From Nitrospirota bacterium (GTDB taxonomy: Bacteria; Nitrospirota; Thermodesulfovibrionia; UBA6902), in assembly GCA_016217725.1 (NCBI GenBank), contig JACRHB010000177.1:1-47466 (forward strand): a DNA stretch of 47,466 nt, given 5' to 3'. The notes beneath the pieces were generated by a model, which was given only the letters and a program-made list of their open reading frames with translations, made no database searches and had not been told where the DNA came from. Shown here one piece after another: positions 1-8,607 of this stretch (the first letter of the stretch is position 1; every line of letters begins with the position of its first letter). The translations under genes and the position numbers were made by a program.

Positions 1-7
1 AAAAACG

Positions 8-153
8 GCATTACATCCGCAGATTTCACAGATAAAGACAATGATATAAATGAGATAGGCACATATTGTATATTCACCCAAAAGGTGAAAGGCAAAAGTC
101 AGTTAAGCTTTTAATAAATCTGTGATAATCTGCGCTAATCTGTGGATAAATGC
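8..153. repeat. CACAGAT/ATCTGTG tandem-unit inverted repeat element
   Basis: Left arm atccgcagatttcacagat; right arm atctgtgata-atctgcgcta-atctgtggat; same family at 3098-3173 and 11810-11865. Confidence 0.7.
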
Positions 154-236
154 TTTTTTTAGGATTATGAGAAAGAGCCAGAAAAAATATCCCGCTTGAT
201 GAAATTAGATGTCTGTTTTAGGTAATATATTCCCGG

Positions 237-1325
237 ATGATAATCGGAATACCAAGAGAGATCAAGGAGCATGAATACAGGGTTGCGATCACGCCTTTCG
301 GGGTAAGAGAGCTTGCAAAAGAAGGACACCGGGTAATCGTTGAAAAAGCAGCCGGCCTCGGAAGCGGTTTTTCCGATGAAGAGTATCTCCTGGCGGGCGC
401 TGAGCTAACGGACAGGGGAAGCTTATTCGGCAATTCCGAACTGATCGTAAAAGTAAAAGAGCCGGTCCCGGGTGAATACGACCTGTTTCGCGACGGGCAG
501 GCATTGTTTACGTTCCTCCACCTCGCCTCCAATCCCGAGCTTGTAAAAATCTTATTGAGAAAAAACATCTCCGCGTTCGCTTATGAGACGCTTGAGGCAA
601 ACGGCTGCCTGCCGCTCCTCACGCCCATGAGCGAGATCGCCGGAAGGATGGCCCCCGTTGTGGCGGCATATTACCTGCAGAAAATACACGGCGGATTGGG
701 ACTGCTTCTGACCGGCGCGGAAGACGTTCCCCCTGCGCAGGTGGTCATCCTGGGAGCCGGTGTGGTCGGGATGAACGCCTTAAAGGTCGCTTACGGAATG
801 GGCGCAAAGGTGGTTGTTTTAAACAGGGGCGTTGAGAAGCTTAAACGGATAGACGAGCTGTATAAAGGGATGGTAAAAACAGCTCCGGCGGAAAAGGAGC
901 ATATAGAGGCGGAGACGCTGAGGGCGGACGTGCTGATCGGCGCAGTTTATATTACGGGCGCAAAGACTCCGAAGCTGATCTCGAGGGCTCTTGTCTCAAG
1001 GATGAAAAAAGGCTCTGTAATCGTGGACGTTTCAGTCGACCAGGGGGGGTGCATAGAAACCACAAGACCCGCAACGCACTCCAGCCCGGTCTATACGGTT
1101 GACGGGATAATCCATTACACGGTTGCAAACATGCCGGGCGCATACCCGAGGACTTCTACGCTCGCCCTCACGAACAAGACCCTTGAGTATGTTGAAATCC
1201 TTGTAAGCAGCGGCATTGAAAAAGCTGTAAAAGAGAATGAGACGTTAAAAACAGCCCTTAATACTTATAACGGGAAAATCACGCACAAAGCGGTCGCCGA
1301 AGCGATGTCGGCGCTTATAGATTAA
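237..1325 (+). CDS. ald: alanine dehydrogenase
   Basis: MIIGIPREIK..EYRVA start, FTFLHLA, PMSEIAGR, GAGVVG Rossmann motif, DVSVDQGGC, VANMPGA. Confidence 0.95.
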   Translation: MIIGIPREIKEHEYRVAITPFGVRELAKEGHRVIVEKAAGLGSGFSDEEYLLAGAELTDRGSLFGNSELIVKVKEPVPGEYDLFRDGQALFTFLHLASNPELVKILLRKNISAFAYETLEANGCLPLLTPMSEIAGRMAPVVAAYYLQKIHGGLGLLLTGAEDVPPAQVVILGAGVVGMNALKVAYGMGAKVVVLNRGVEKLKRIDELYKGMVKTAPAEKEHIEAETLRADVLIGAVYITGAKTPKLISRALVSRMKKGSVIVDVSVDQGGCIETTRPATHSSPVYTVDGIIHYTVANMPGAYPRTSTLALTNKTLEYVEILVSSGIEKAVKENETLKTALNTYNGKITHKAVAEAMSALID

Positions 1326-1346
1326 AACTGTCAACGGAGGATTGAA

Positions 1347-2159
1347 TTGTTCAAGAAAATCGTTTTCTTTCTCGTCTTGCTTCAGAGTTTTTCAAGCGGT
1401 TCAGCATATGCCGAAGGTTTCGGCCTGGGGACACACGCCGGTTTCGGCGTCATTAAATATGAGGAGAATACATCCGCCTTCGGAGATGAGGTCGAATCGA
1501 AGGCTGTGCTCAATACAGCGCTCTTCGGCGTATCCGGAGAGTATTCCTTGAAAAAGCCGGATAATTTTTTTGCGGGCATTACTACCGACTGGGCCTTCGG
1601 CTTGGAAGACAGGGAGAACTGGAAGGAGAACGGGGTAAAGATCCAGACAGACGACCTGGAGATCTTCGGGCAGTTTTATGATATCAGGTTCGGTTACAAA
1701 AACAGCATAAGCAGCTTTTACTACAGGGCGTATATTTCGGGAGGCTGGGACGGAATACATTTCAGCAGGGATAATTTTGTAGTGAGCGGGAGGCCTGAAA
1801 GCGGCAGCGTAACCGAAAATTTCAGCTTATGGCGAACCGGCGGGGGAATCGGCGCAGGTTACAAATTCGACAAATGGGCGCTGGACGGGAGAGCGGCCTA
1901 TGCTTATTATCCCAGAGGGCAGGTAAGAAACAGCAGCCTGTCGCAGTTTACATTTGACACGACCGGCGCCTGCCTTGACGTGGGAGCAGGGATTGCCCGT
2001 GAGCTTATAAAGAACGTAAATCTTTATCTCGGCGGCAGCTACACTCTCATTGAGCTGAAAGAGAGCGATATAGAGAGGGACGATTCGGTCCAGGCCGTAT
2101 TCCCGGAGAGTGAGACACAGATTATTGTCGGGGTAGCCAACCTGACGTTTGCGTTTTAA
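1347..2159 (+). CDS. outer-membrane beta-barrel protein
   Basis: Signal peptide, alternating aromatic beta-strands, C-terminal Phe (LTFAF); GGAGG SD before TTG. Confidence 0.7.
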   Translation: MFKKIVFFLVLLQSFSSGSAYAEGFGLGTHAGFGVIKYEENTSAFGDEVESKAVLNTALFGVSGEYSLKKPDNFFAGITTDWAFGLEDRENWKENGVKIQTDDLEIFGQFYDIRFGYKNSISSFYYRAYISGGWDGIHFSRDNFVVSGRPESGSVTENFSLWRTGGGIGAGYKFDKWALDGRAAYAYYPRGQVRNSSLSQFTFDTTGACLDVGAGIARELIKNVNLYLGGSYTLIELKESDIERDDSVQAVFPESETQIIVGVANLTFAF

Positions 2160-2160
2160 A

Positions 2161-3030
2161 TTACAGTTTCTTCTCGTACTTCTCAAACAGCTTCAGGCCT
2201 TCGAGGTGTTTTTCGGTGAAGTCGTAAGATATTATTTTCCAGTAGCCGACCAGCTCCTTCTCGCTCAGCCACTTCTTCTGCGGCGCCTCTCTGGCGATTA
2301 AAGGGTATTTTCTCTTTGCATATTTCCCGGCGCTTACCAAATCGGATGAGAGTTTTCTGACAAGCTCTTTCTTCTCTCCGGCGGTCTCTTTCCTCACGAT
2401 CCACAGCGCAAATACAAAGGGAAGCCCGGTGTATTTATCCCACAATTCCCCGAGATCGTAGATATAAAGTTGAGAGTTAAGAGTTGAAAGTGAAGAATTA
2501 AGTTTTGTTTTTGGTTTTTCACTTTTAACTTTCAACTTACAACTTTTAACTATCTTCTTCGCCTCCCTCATCGCGGTGTCGCCGATGTGGAGGACTGCGT
2601 CAAAAGAAGACAGGATGTTTTTAACGCTTTGCCGGTTCACCGGCGTGAATTTGCATTTCAGCGACAGGAATTCCTTGAGGATTATTTTTAAAAGGACGAC
2701 GGAGGTCTCGGAGTCCGAAGTCAGGGCGATCTTCTTTCCGCCGAGCTCATTTATCGGCAGCCTTGAAAAAAGCAGGATGCTTTTTATAGCGCCGGACGAG
2801 CTTATTGAAAACCACGGGAGAATGCGGTATTTGTCTTTGTTCCTCAAATATTCAATGGAAGAGGATATGCTGACGTCGAGCTCACCGCTGCGCAGCATTT
2901 TATTCAGCTTTGAAGGCACGCCCCTGATAAATTTATACGCCGAGCCGCTGCACTCTTTTTCGAGATAATAAAAAATCGGGAAAAGGTTTGCATACGGGAT
3001 CCTCCCGATTTTGAGCTTTGTTTTTTTCAT
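2161..3030 (-). CDS. mqnA: chorismate dehydratase (futalosine menaquinone pathway), with ~28-aa repeat-derived insert
   Basis: IPYANLFP, GVPSKLN, S.TS..LL, IGD.A, DLGELW..TGLPFVFALW. Confidence 0.88.
   Translation of the reverse strand: MKKTKLKIGRIPYANLFPIFYYLEKECSGSAYKFIRGVPSKLNKMLRSGELDVSISSSIEYLRNKDKYRILPWFSISSSGAIKSILLFSRLPINELGGKKIALTSDSETSVVLLKIILKEFLSLKCKFTPVNRQSVKNILSSFDAVLHIGDTAMREAKKIVKSCKLKVKSEKPKTKLNSSLSTLNSQLYIYDLGELWDKYTGLPFVFALWIVRKETAGEKKELVRKLSSDLVSAGKYAKRKYPLIAREAPQKKWLSEKELVGYWKIISYDFTEKHLEGLKLFEKYEKKL
2468..2551. repeat. heptamer tandem inverted repeat inside mqnA
   Basis: agttgag-agttaag-agttgaa-agtgaag ... ttttcac-ttttaac-tttcaac-ttacaac-ttttaac; same family intergenic at 23516-23613. 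Confidence 0.8.
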
Positions 3031-3059
3031 GCCGTTAACTTTTCAACCTAAAAACCTTT

Positions 3060-3220
3060 TAGCCACGAAGTTTCACGAATTATCACGAATAAAATCAGGA
3101 CATAGATTTTCGCAGACATACACAGGTAAGTTCGTTTTTTTTAAATCCTGATAATCTGCATTTATCTGCGTCCAAATTCTTTTATATCCCTTCGTGTTTA
3201 TTCGTGTATATTCGTGGCTA
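3060..3220. repeat. nested inverted-repeat element (outer CACGAA family, inner CAGAT family)
   Basis: tagccacgaa..cacgaat..cacgaat / ttcgtg..ttcgtg..ttcgtggcta enclosing a second IR at 3098-3173. Confidence 0.75.
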
Positions 3221-3255
3221 ACTACCGTATTCAGTTTCAAATCTTAAATTGTAAA

Positions 3256-4701
3256 TTACCCCTTTATCACTCCCAGCGGCCTGAGCTTTGCGACCTTCTT
3301 TGACAGGCCTGCGTTATGGACGACGTCCACGACACGGGAGACGTCCTTATACGCCTCGGGCATCTCTTCTGCAAGCGTTCCCCTTCCCGTGGCCCTTACG
3401 ATTATTCCCAGGTCCGCCATTTCTCTCCAGATGGCGCGTCCTTTAGCCCTTCTCATCGCCTCATGCCTCGACATCAGCCTTCCTGCGCCGTGGCACGTCG
3501 AGCCGAAGGACTCTTTCATCCCCCTGTCCGTTCCTATGAGGACGAAGGAGGCCCTCCCCATATCGCCGGGTATTATAACAGGCTGACCGATATTTTTATA
3601 AGCGTCGGGAAGCTCGGGATGTCCCGGAGGGAACGCCCTTGTTGCGCCCTTGCGGTGTACGACAAGCTTCATTTTTTTACCGTTAACAGTATGCTCTTCC
3701 ACCTTTGCAATGTTATGCGCAACGTCGTATATCAGACTCATCCCGAGCATTTTCGGTCCGGCCTTGAAGACATTTAAGAATGATTCCCTCACCCAGTGCA
3801 TTATGAACTGTCGATTGGCCCATGCAAAATTCGCCGCGGCCCTCATTGCGGCAAGATAATCCCTCGCCTCAGGGCTGTCAAAAGGCGCACAGGCCAGCTC
3901 CCTGTCGGGAAGGTTGATGCCGTATTTCTGAACGGCCTTCTGCATTACTTCGAGAAAATCAGTGCACACCTGATGGCCGAACCCGCGCGAGCCCGTGTGG
4001 ATCATCACGGTAATCTGATTTTTGAATAAGCCGAGCGCATCGGCGATTTCCTCATCATACACTTCGTCCACGCATTGAATTTCCGTGAAGTGATTCCCTG
4101 AGCCGAGCGTGCCGAGCTGGGATTTGCCGCGCTCATATGCCTTGCTGCTGATCAGATCGGGCTCCGCGCCTTCAATGCATCCGTTAGATTCAGTATGTTC
4201 GAGGTCTTCCCTTCCGCCGAAGCCCTGCTCCACGACCCAGCGCGCACCTTGAAGAAGGACCTTTCTGTGTTCTTCGGAATTTAACTTCAGTTTGCCTTTC
4301 GAGCCCACGCCCGTAGGGATATCTCTATAAAAGCCTTCGATAAGCTCTTTGATCTTCGGGGCGACTTCTTCTTTTGCAAGGCCGGTGCGCAGGAGCCTGA
4401 CCCCGCAGTTGATATCATAACCGACCCCTCCCGGAGAGATAACGCCTTCTTTTAAATCGAATGCGGCAACTCCTCCGATGGAGAAGCCGTAACCCGTGTG
4501 GATATCCGGCATCGCAAGGGATGAGCCGACAATGCCCGGCAGCGCGGCGACGTTGGCGACTTGTTCGACGGAGCCTTTTTCGAGATCCCTTTCGAGAGTC
4601 TCATCGACGTAAATAATCCCGTTTGTGCGCATGCCGGCCTTGTATCCCTTAGGGACTTCAAGACGTGTTCCGTCAATCCTGTGCAAGCCTTCGATGGTCA
4701 T
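3256..4701 (-). CDS. rtcB: RtcB RNA ligase
   Basis: MPDIHTGYGFSIGG, GVGYDINCG, GTLGSGNHF, HTGSRG, YDVAHN, HRKGATRA, HGAGR, EEMPEAYKD; start moved to ATG 4701 (GAGGTG SD); the ORF-track extension reads through a repeat. Confidence 0.95.
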   Translation of the reverse strand: MTIEGLHRIDGTRLEVPKGYKAGMRTNGIIYVDETLERDLEKGSVEQVANVAALPGIVGSSLAMPDIHTGYGFSIGGVAAFDLKEGVISPGGVGYDINCGVRLLRTGLAKEEVAPKIKELIEGFYRDIPTGVGSKGKLKLNSEEHRKVLLQGARWVVEQGFGGREDLEHTESNGCIEGAEPDLISSKAYERGKSQLGTLGSGNHFTEIQCVDEVYDEEIADALGLFKNQITVMIHTGSRGFGHQVCTDFLEVMQKAVQKYGINLPDRELACAPFDSPEARDYLAAMRAAANFAWANRQFIMHWVRESFLNVFKAGPKMLGMSLIYDVAHNIAKVEEHTVNGKKMKLVVHRKGATRAFPPGHPELPDAYKNIGQPVIIPGDMGRASFVLIGTDRGMKESFGSTCHGAGRLMSRHEAMRRAKGRAIWREMADLGIIVRATGRGTLAEEMPEAYKDVSRVVDVVHNAGLSKKVAKLRPLGVIKG

Positions 4702-4731
4702 AATTTCACCTCTTTTAACTTTCTCTTTTTT

Positions 4732-4798
4732 GTCATTCCGGCTGGTCCGGAATCTTTCTTCAAAAGGATTCCCGACGCGCTTCGCTTGCGGGAATGAC
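4732..4798. repeat. GTCATTCC...GGAATGAC palindromic element
   Basis: gtcattccggctggtccggaatc matches the reverse complement of 9920-9942 at 22/23. Confidence 0.8.
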
Positions 4799-4824
4799 GA
4801 AAAAGCGCTTAAAGCAGACACTAA

Positions 4825-5274
4825 TCATATATCAAATATTACCACAGCCTCCCACCCTGAATTGACCTTTTTGACCGACAGGTTGTGATACGTGGCGGCT
4901 TTGATGAGCAGCCTGCTTTCGTTCACTTCCGGAGCAAAGATGCCACCGGAGATTTTTGATGTGAGTGTAATCCCCTCTTTCCCCCCCTTAGCAGGAGAGG
5001 GCAGGGGGGGTGAAATATTGACAACAAATCTCCTCCCTATGAATCCATACGTATCGAACAAAAAGATAAGCTCATTCAGCCAATTAATAAGCAAATCTTC
5101 ATTCTTTTCGGCGTTCAGCGCAACTTGTTTTTTTTCCGCTTCTTTTATACCGGAAACGTCTGTAATGAGATCACTTAAACCTTCTGCAGCATTCTCAAAA
5201 AGCTCCTCCATGCTGTCGCCCCATATCCTGAGGCCGACGTCTCCCGAGGTGTCTATCTGCTCGTATCTTTTCAT
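4825..5274 (-). CDS. archease (RtcB cofactor) with in-frame palindromic insert
   Basis: ELFENAA, LLINWLNELIF, IKAATYH, C-terminal FDI; adjacent to rtcB. Confidence 0.9.
   Translation of the reverse strand: MKRYEQIDTSGDVGLRIWGDSMEELFENAAEGLSDLITDVSGIKEAEKKQVALNAEKNEDLLINWLNELIFLFDTYGFIGRRFVVNISPPLPSPAKGGKEGITLTSKISGGIFAPEVNESRLLIKAATYHNLSVKKVNSGWEAVVIFDI
4969..5015. repeat. C-run/G-run palindromic element inside archease
   Basis: aatcccctctttccccccttagcaggagagggcaggggggtgaaa; resembles intergenic units at 15255-15291 and 39166-39252. Confidence 0.75.
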
Positions 5275-5305
5275 ATTTATCCGCTTCGGCAGACGATCTG
5301 AAATC

Positions 5306-6421
5306 TCACAGCGTCCTCTTGAACGTCGTTATCGCCAATCCCATCATCAGGGCGGTGAACACGATGAGAAAAATTACATCGCCGCTGACGACCTTGAGTC
5401 CTGCATTTTTGAACAGGATGGACTTCAGCGCGTGCACGGCATACGCCTCCGGATTTATTTTGGAAAAGGCCTTTAACCAGTTGGGGAAGCTTTCAATGGG
5501 GTATACGGCGCCGCTGGGGAAGAAGAATATGACGTTTAAAAATCCGCTGAATATGCCGACCACCCTCGGATGATTAGCCCTTCCCAAAAACACGAACATC
5601 ATGCTGAGAAGCGCCATCGTCGTAAGAATGACTATCAGGAAAATCGATATCCCTTGATCCAGCCCGCGTAAAAAAGGGATGCCCGTTATTAACATGCTTA
5701 TTCCAAAGACGGCAAGCGCCGTTATCGTGGTGATTATCAGGCCGCTGATGATAAGCCCCAGGACAATGACGCCCCGCGATATGGGGGCGAGGAGGTAGCT
5801 TTCATTGGTCCCGAGGAATCTGTCCATAACGAGATTGAAGACCCCTGAGGTCATTGTGCCCATGAAGATCGCCATAATTACTACGCCGGGGACGAGGGAC
5901 TGGTAGTAATCGACCATGCCGTATAAGTCAATGCCCCTCAGGTAAATTTCATCCGGCATCTCTCTTACCGGCGTATATTCCTGCCTGACCGCCCTTATGC
6001 TTCCGTCTATTGCGCTTCTTATCGTCTCTGCCGAGATGTTGTCCGTGTTGTCGATGAATAAACCGAGCTCCGGCTTTTTATTGAGCACGACCCTCTTTGT
6101 AAAATCCGGGGGGATGAGCAAAGCAGCCTTGTATATGCCGTTCCTTACGCCCTGAACGGCCGCGCCCCGGTCTTTCAACTGCACGAGGGAAAAGGTCTTT
6201 GCGCCCGCTTCTATCGCCCTCAGGTTTTCAATCACGCGCGATGCGTATGCGCCCGGATCCTGATTGACGACGACCACCGGGATGCCTTTGAATTTACCCT
6301 GAAAGGAATTGCCGAGGATGACGAGATACAGCAGAGGCATTACGAGGCTCATCATTATAACGACCGGGTTGCGCAGGAATTTTTTTATGTCGCGCTCTAT
6401 GATTGCGAGTAAACGTATCAT
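5306..6421 (-). CDS. ABC-2 type transporter permease
   Basis: N-terminal TM, periplasmic loop, LVPG, five C-terminal TMs, SGAVYPIESFP..NP. Confidence 0.9.
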   Translation of the reverse strand: MIRLLAIIERDIKKFLRNPVVIMMSLVMPLLYLVILGNSFQGKFKGIPVVVVNQDPGAYASRVIENLRAIEAGAKTFSLVQLKDRGAAVQGVRNGIYKAALLIPPDFTKRVVLNKKPELGLFIDNTDNISAETIRSAIDGSIRAVRQEYTPVREMPDEIYLRGIDLYGMVDYYQSLVPGVVIMAIFMGTMTSGVFNLVMDRFLGTNESYLLAPISRGVIVLGLIISGLIITTITALAVFGISMLITGIPFLRGLDQGISIFLIVILTTMALLSMMFVFLGRANHPRVVGIFSGFLNVIFFFPSGAVYPIESFPNWLKAFSKINPEAYAVHALKSILFKNAGLKVVSGDVIFLIVFTALMMGLAITTFKRTL

Positions 6422-6447
6422 GCTATTATTATCTTTTTTATAAATTT

Positions 6448-6475
6448 GTACGGGCGAGGCGCGCCTCGCCCCTAC
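6448..6475. repeat. GTAG-type REP hairpin
   Basis: Minus strand GTAGGGGCGAGGCGCGCCTCGCCCGTAC; near copy at 7502-7528. Confidence 0.8.
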
Positions 6476-7490
6476 TCATCTCCCCAGCTTCCGAGGAATG
6501 CCGGCGCCTATGAGGAAGCTCACCTTTTTTGCCTCTTCTTCGCGGATGGACTTGCCGGTATAGTGTATAAAAACGTCCTCAAGCGACTGCTGATGTATGC
6601 TTGCGGAGCTGACTGTCACGCCCGTCTCTTTGACCGCCTCGAGCAGGGACGGGAAGGTTCTGCGCCCCGTTATCGACGTATACTCTCAGGATATCTTCAT
6701 GCATTTGAACTTTGTGCACGAATGGGATCTTTGCAATTGCCGCCTGCGCCGCGTCCGCTTTCGAAGTGTCGGCGAGGCTGAGGAAAATTATGTCGTTGCC
6801 CGGTATCCGGGCCTTGAGATTATCAGGCGAATCAAGGGCGATTATCTTTCCCGCGTCTATTATGGCTACCCTGTCGCAGAGGCTTTCAGCTTCTTCCATA
6901 TAATGCGTGCTGAGTAAAATGGTGAGTGAATCTTTCTTTCTGAATTTCTCGATGAAGTCCCAGATGACGCGCCTGCTCTGGGGGTCCAGGCCTATCGTAG
7001 GCTCATCCAGAAACAGGATCTCCGGCGTGTGGACGAGGGCGCGGGCGATCTCAAGACGCCTCCTCATTCCACCGGAGTATGTCGCCACAAGATCGTGGGA
7101 CCTGTTTGCAAGCCCCACGATCTCAAGCAGATAGGGTATCTGCTGCTTCCTCTCTTTTTGCGGGATGTTGTAAAACCTGCCGTAGATATCCATGTTCTCA
7201 TAGCCTGTGAGATCAAGATCGCTGGTCAACGCTTGAGGCACAACGCCTATCCTCTGCCTGACATTGTCGGGGGCTTTGGTTACGTCCAATCCCGCGACAA
7301 CCGCCTTTCCGCTTGAAGGCTTCAGAAGTGTGGTAAGGATCCTGATGAGAGTTGTCTTCCCCGCGCCGTTAGGCCCCAAAAATCCGAAGAACTCGCCTGA
7401 CGAAACAGTAAAGCTCACATCATTTACCGCCGTGATCTCACCGAACTTTTTGGTTAGATTTGAAACCTCTATGGCGTTTGTCTTCTGCAT
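6476..7490 (-). pseudogene. ABC transporter ATP-binding protein (DrrA-like) with apparent 1-nt insertion frameshift
   Basis: GPNGAGKT, YSGGMRRR, LFLDEPT; removing one base from the run at 6651-6653 restores ...SLLEAVK...QQSLEDVFIHYTG... to TGA at 6476. Confidence 0.8.
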
Positions 7491-7501
7491 GGCTGTTTAT
7501 T

Positions 7502-7528
7502 TAGGGCGAGGCCCCGCCTCGCCCCTAC
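7502..7528. repeat. GTAG-type REP hairpin providing the hlyD stop codon
   Basis: Minus strand ATG TAG GGGCGAGGCGGGGCCTCGCCCTAA. Confidence 0.8.
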
Positions 7529-8562
7529 ATTTTTGGAATTTCGACGTTCACCGTCATGCCCGGTTTCAATATTTTTTCAGGATCATCGACACGTATCTCC
7601 ACGTGAAAGGTTTTAATGTCCTGCACACCGTGACGGACGTCTTTCTGGGTGGCGAATTCCGCATATTTACCTATTTTTGATACAGCGCCCTTTATCTCTT
7701 TGCCGGGCAATCCGTCAACGGTGATATGTGCTTTGCCGTTAATGCTTATACGGCTTATCAGACTTTCTTCAACGTCGATCCTCACCCACAGATTCTGCAT
7801 ATCGACTATGGTAAGGACGGCAACCCCGGGTGAAATAAACTCACCGGCCTCCAACGCCTTAAAAACGACGGCGCCTGAAATGGGCGATTTTATCACCGTG
7901 TCGTCAAGCCTCGCCTTCTGTAGTAAAAGCGCGGCCTCTACCTCCTTTATATTCTTTTGGGCGGATACCAGTTGGCTCTGTGAATAATTCAATTGAGCTA
8001 GCGACTGGTTGACGCGCGCAAGGGCTGCATGATATCTTGCCTTTGAAGACTCGTATGCGGCCCTTAAAGCCTCAAAGGCCGCAACCGCCCTGTCTCTATC
8101 CGAATCCGATAACAGATTTTCTTTAAAAAGCGATACCGACCTGTCCATCTGCCTTTTGGCCTCTTCCATCTGGACCCTCGATTTCTCGACGTCGGCCTCG
8201 GCGTTTTTTACGTCGGCTTCGGTCGTCTTCACCCCGGCCTTTGAGCTTTCTACGAGAGCGGCGGCGCTCTTTGCATCCGTCCTCGCCTTTTCCAATGCCG
8301 CTGCGGCCTGATCCGCTGAAGCCCTGAGCTCATCGCTTTCAATCCGGATGACCGCGGCATCATTTTGAACCGTATCCCCTTCTTTGCAGCAAATCCAGGA
8401 AATCCTGCCGGATATCTTTGAGGCAAGATTCACCTCTGTGCCTTCAACGACGCCCGTCGTATTAATTGCCTTCGTTTGTTTCTCGTTAAGAAGAGAATAA
8501 ACGATTACTCCCGTGATGATTGACAGCACGATTATCAGAATAACCGTTATACGTTTTTTCAT
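7525..8562 (-). CDS. HlyD-family periplasmic adaptor
   Basis: N-terminal TM, lipoyl halves (SKISGRI, IKSPISG), coiled coil, LKPGM. Confidence 0.9.
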   Translation of the reverse strand: MKKRITVILIIVLSIITGVIVYSLLNEKQTKAINTTGVVEGTEVNLASKISGRISWICCKEGDTVQNDAAVIRIESDELRASADQAAAALEKARTDAKSAAALVESSKAGVKTTEADVKNAEADVEKSRVQMEEAKRQMDRSVSLFKENLLSDSDRDRAVAAFEALRAAYESSKARYHAALARVNQSLAQLNYSQSQLVSAQKNIKEVEAALLLQKARLDDTVIKSPISGAVVFKALEAGEFISPGVAVLTIVDMQNLWVRIDVEESLISRISINGKAHITVDGLPGKEIKGAVSKIGKYAEFATQKDVRHGVQDIKTFHVEIRVDDPEKILKPGMTVNVEIPKM

Positions 8563-8567
8563 CTGCT

Positions 8568-8607
8568 AATCCCCCTCACCCTAACCCTCTCCCGCAAGGG
8601 GAGAGGG
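8568..8607. repeat. C-run/G-run palindromic element overlapping the metallophosphoesterase 3' end
   Basis: aatccccctcaccctaaccctctcccgcaaggggagaggg; near-identical inverted copy at 38348-38389. Confidence 0.85.

Noticed and set aside
4702-4821. 40-aa N-terminal extension of RtcB
   Set aside because: Read-through of an intergenic GTCATTCC element; an SD supports ATG 4701
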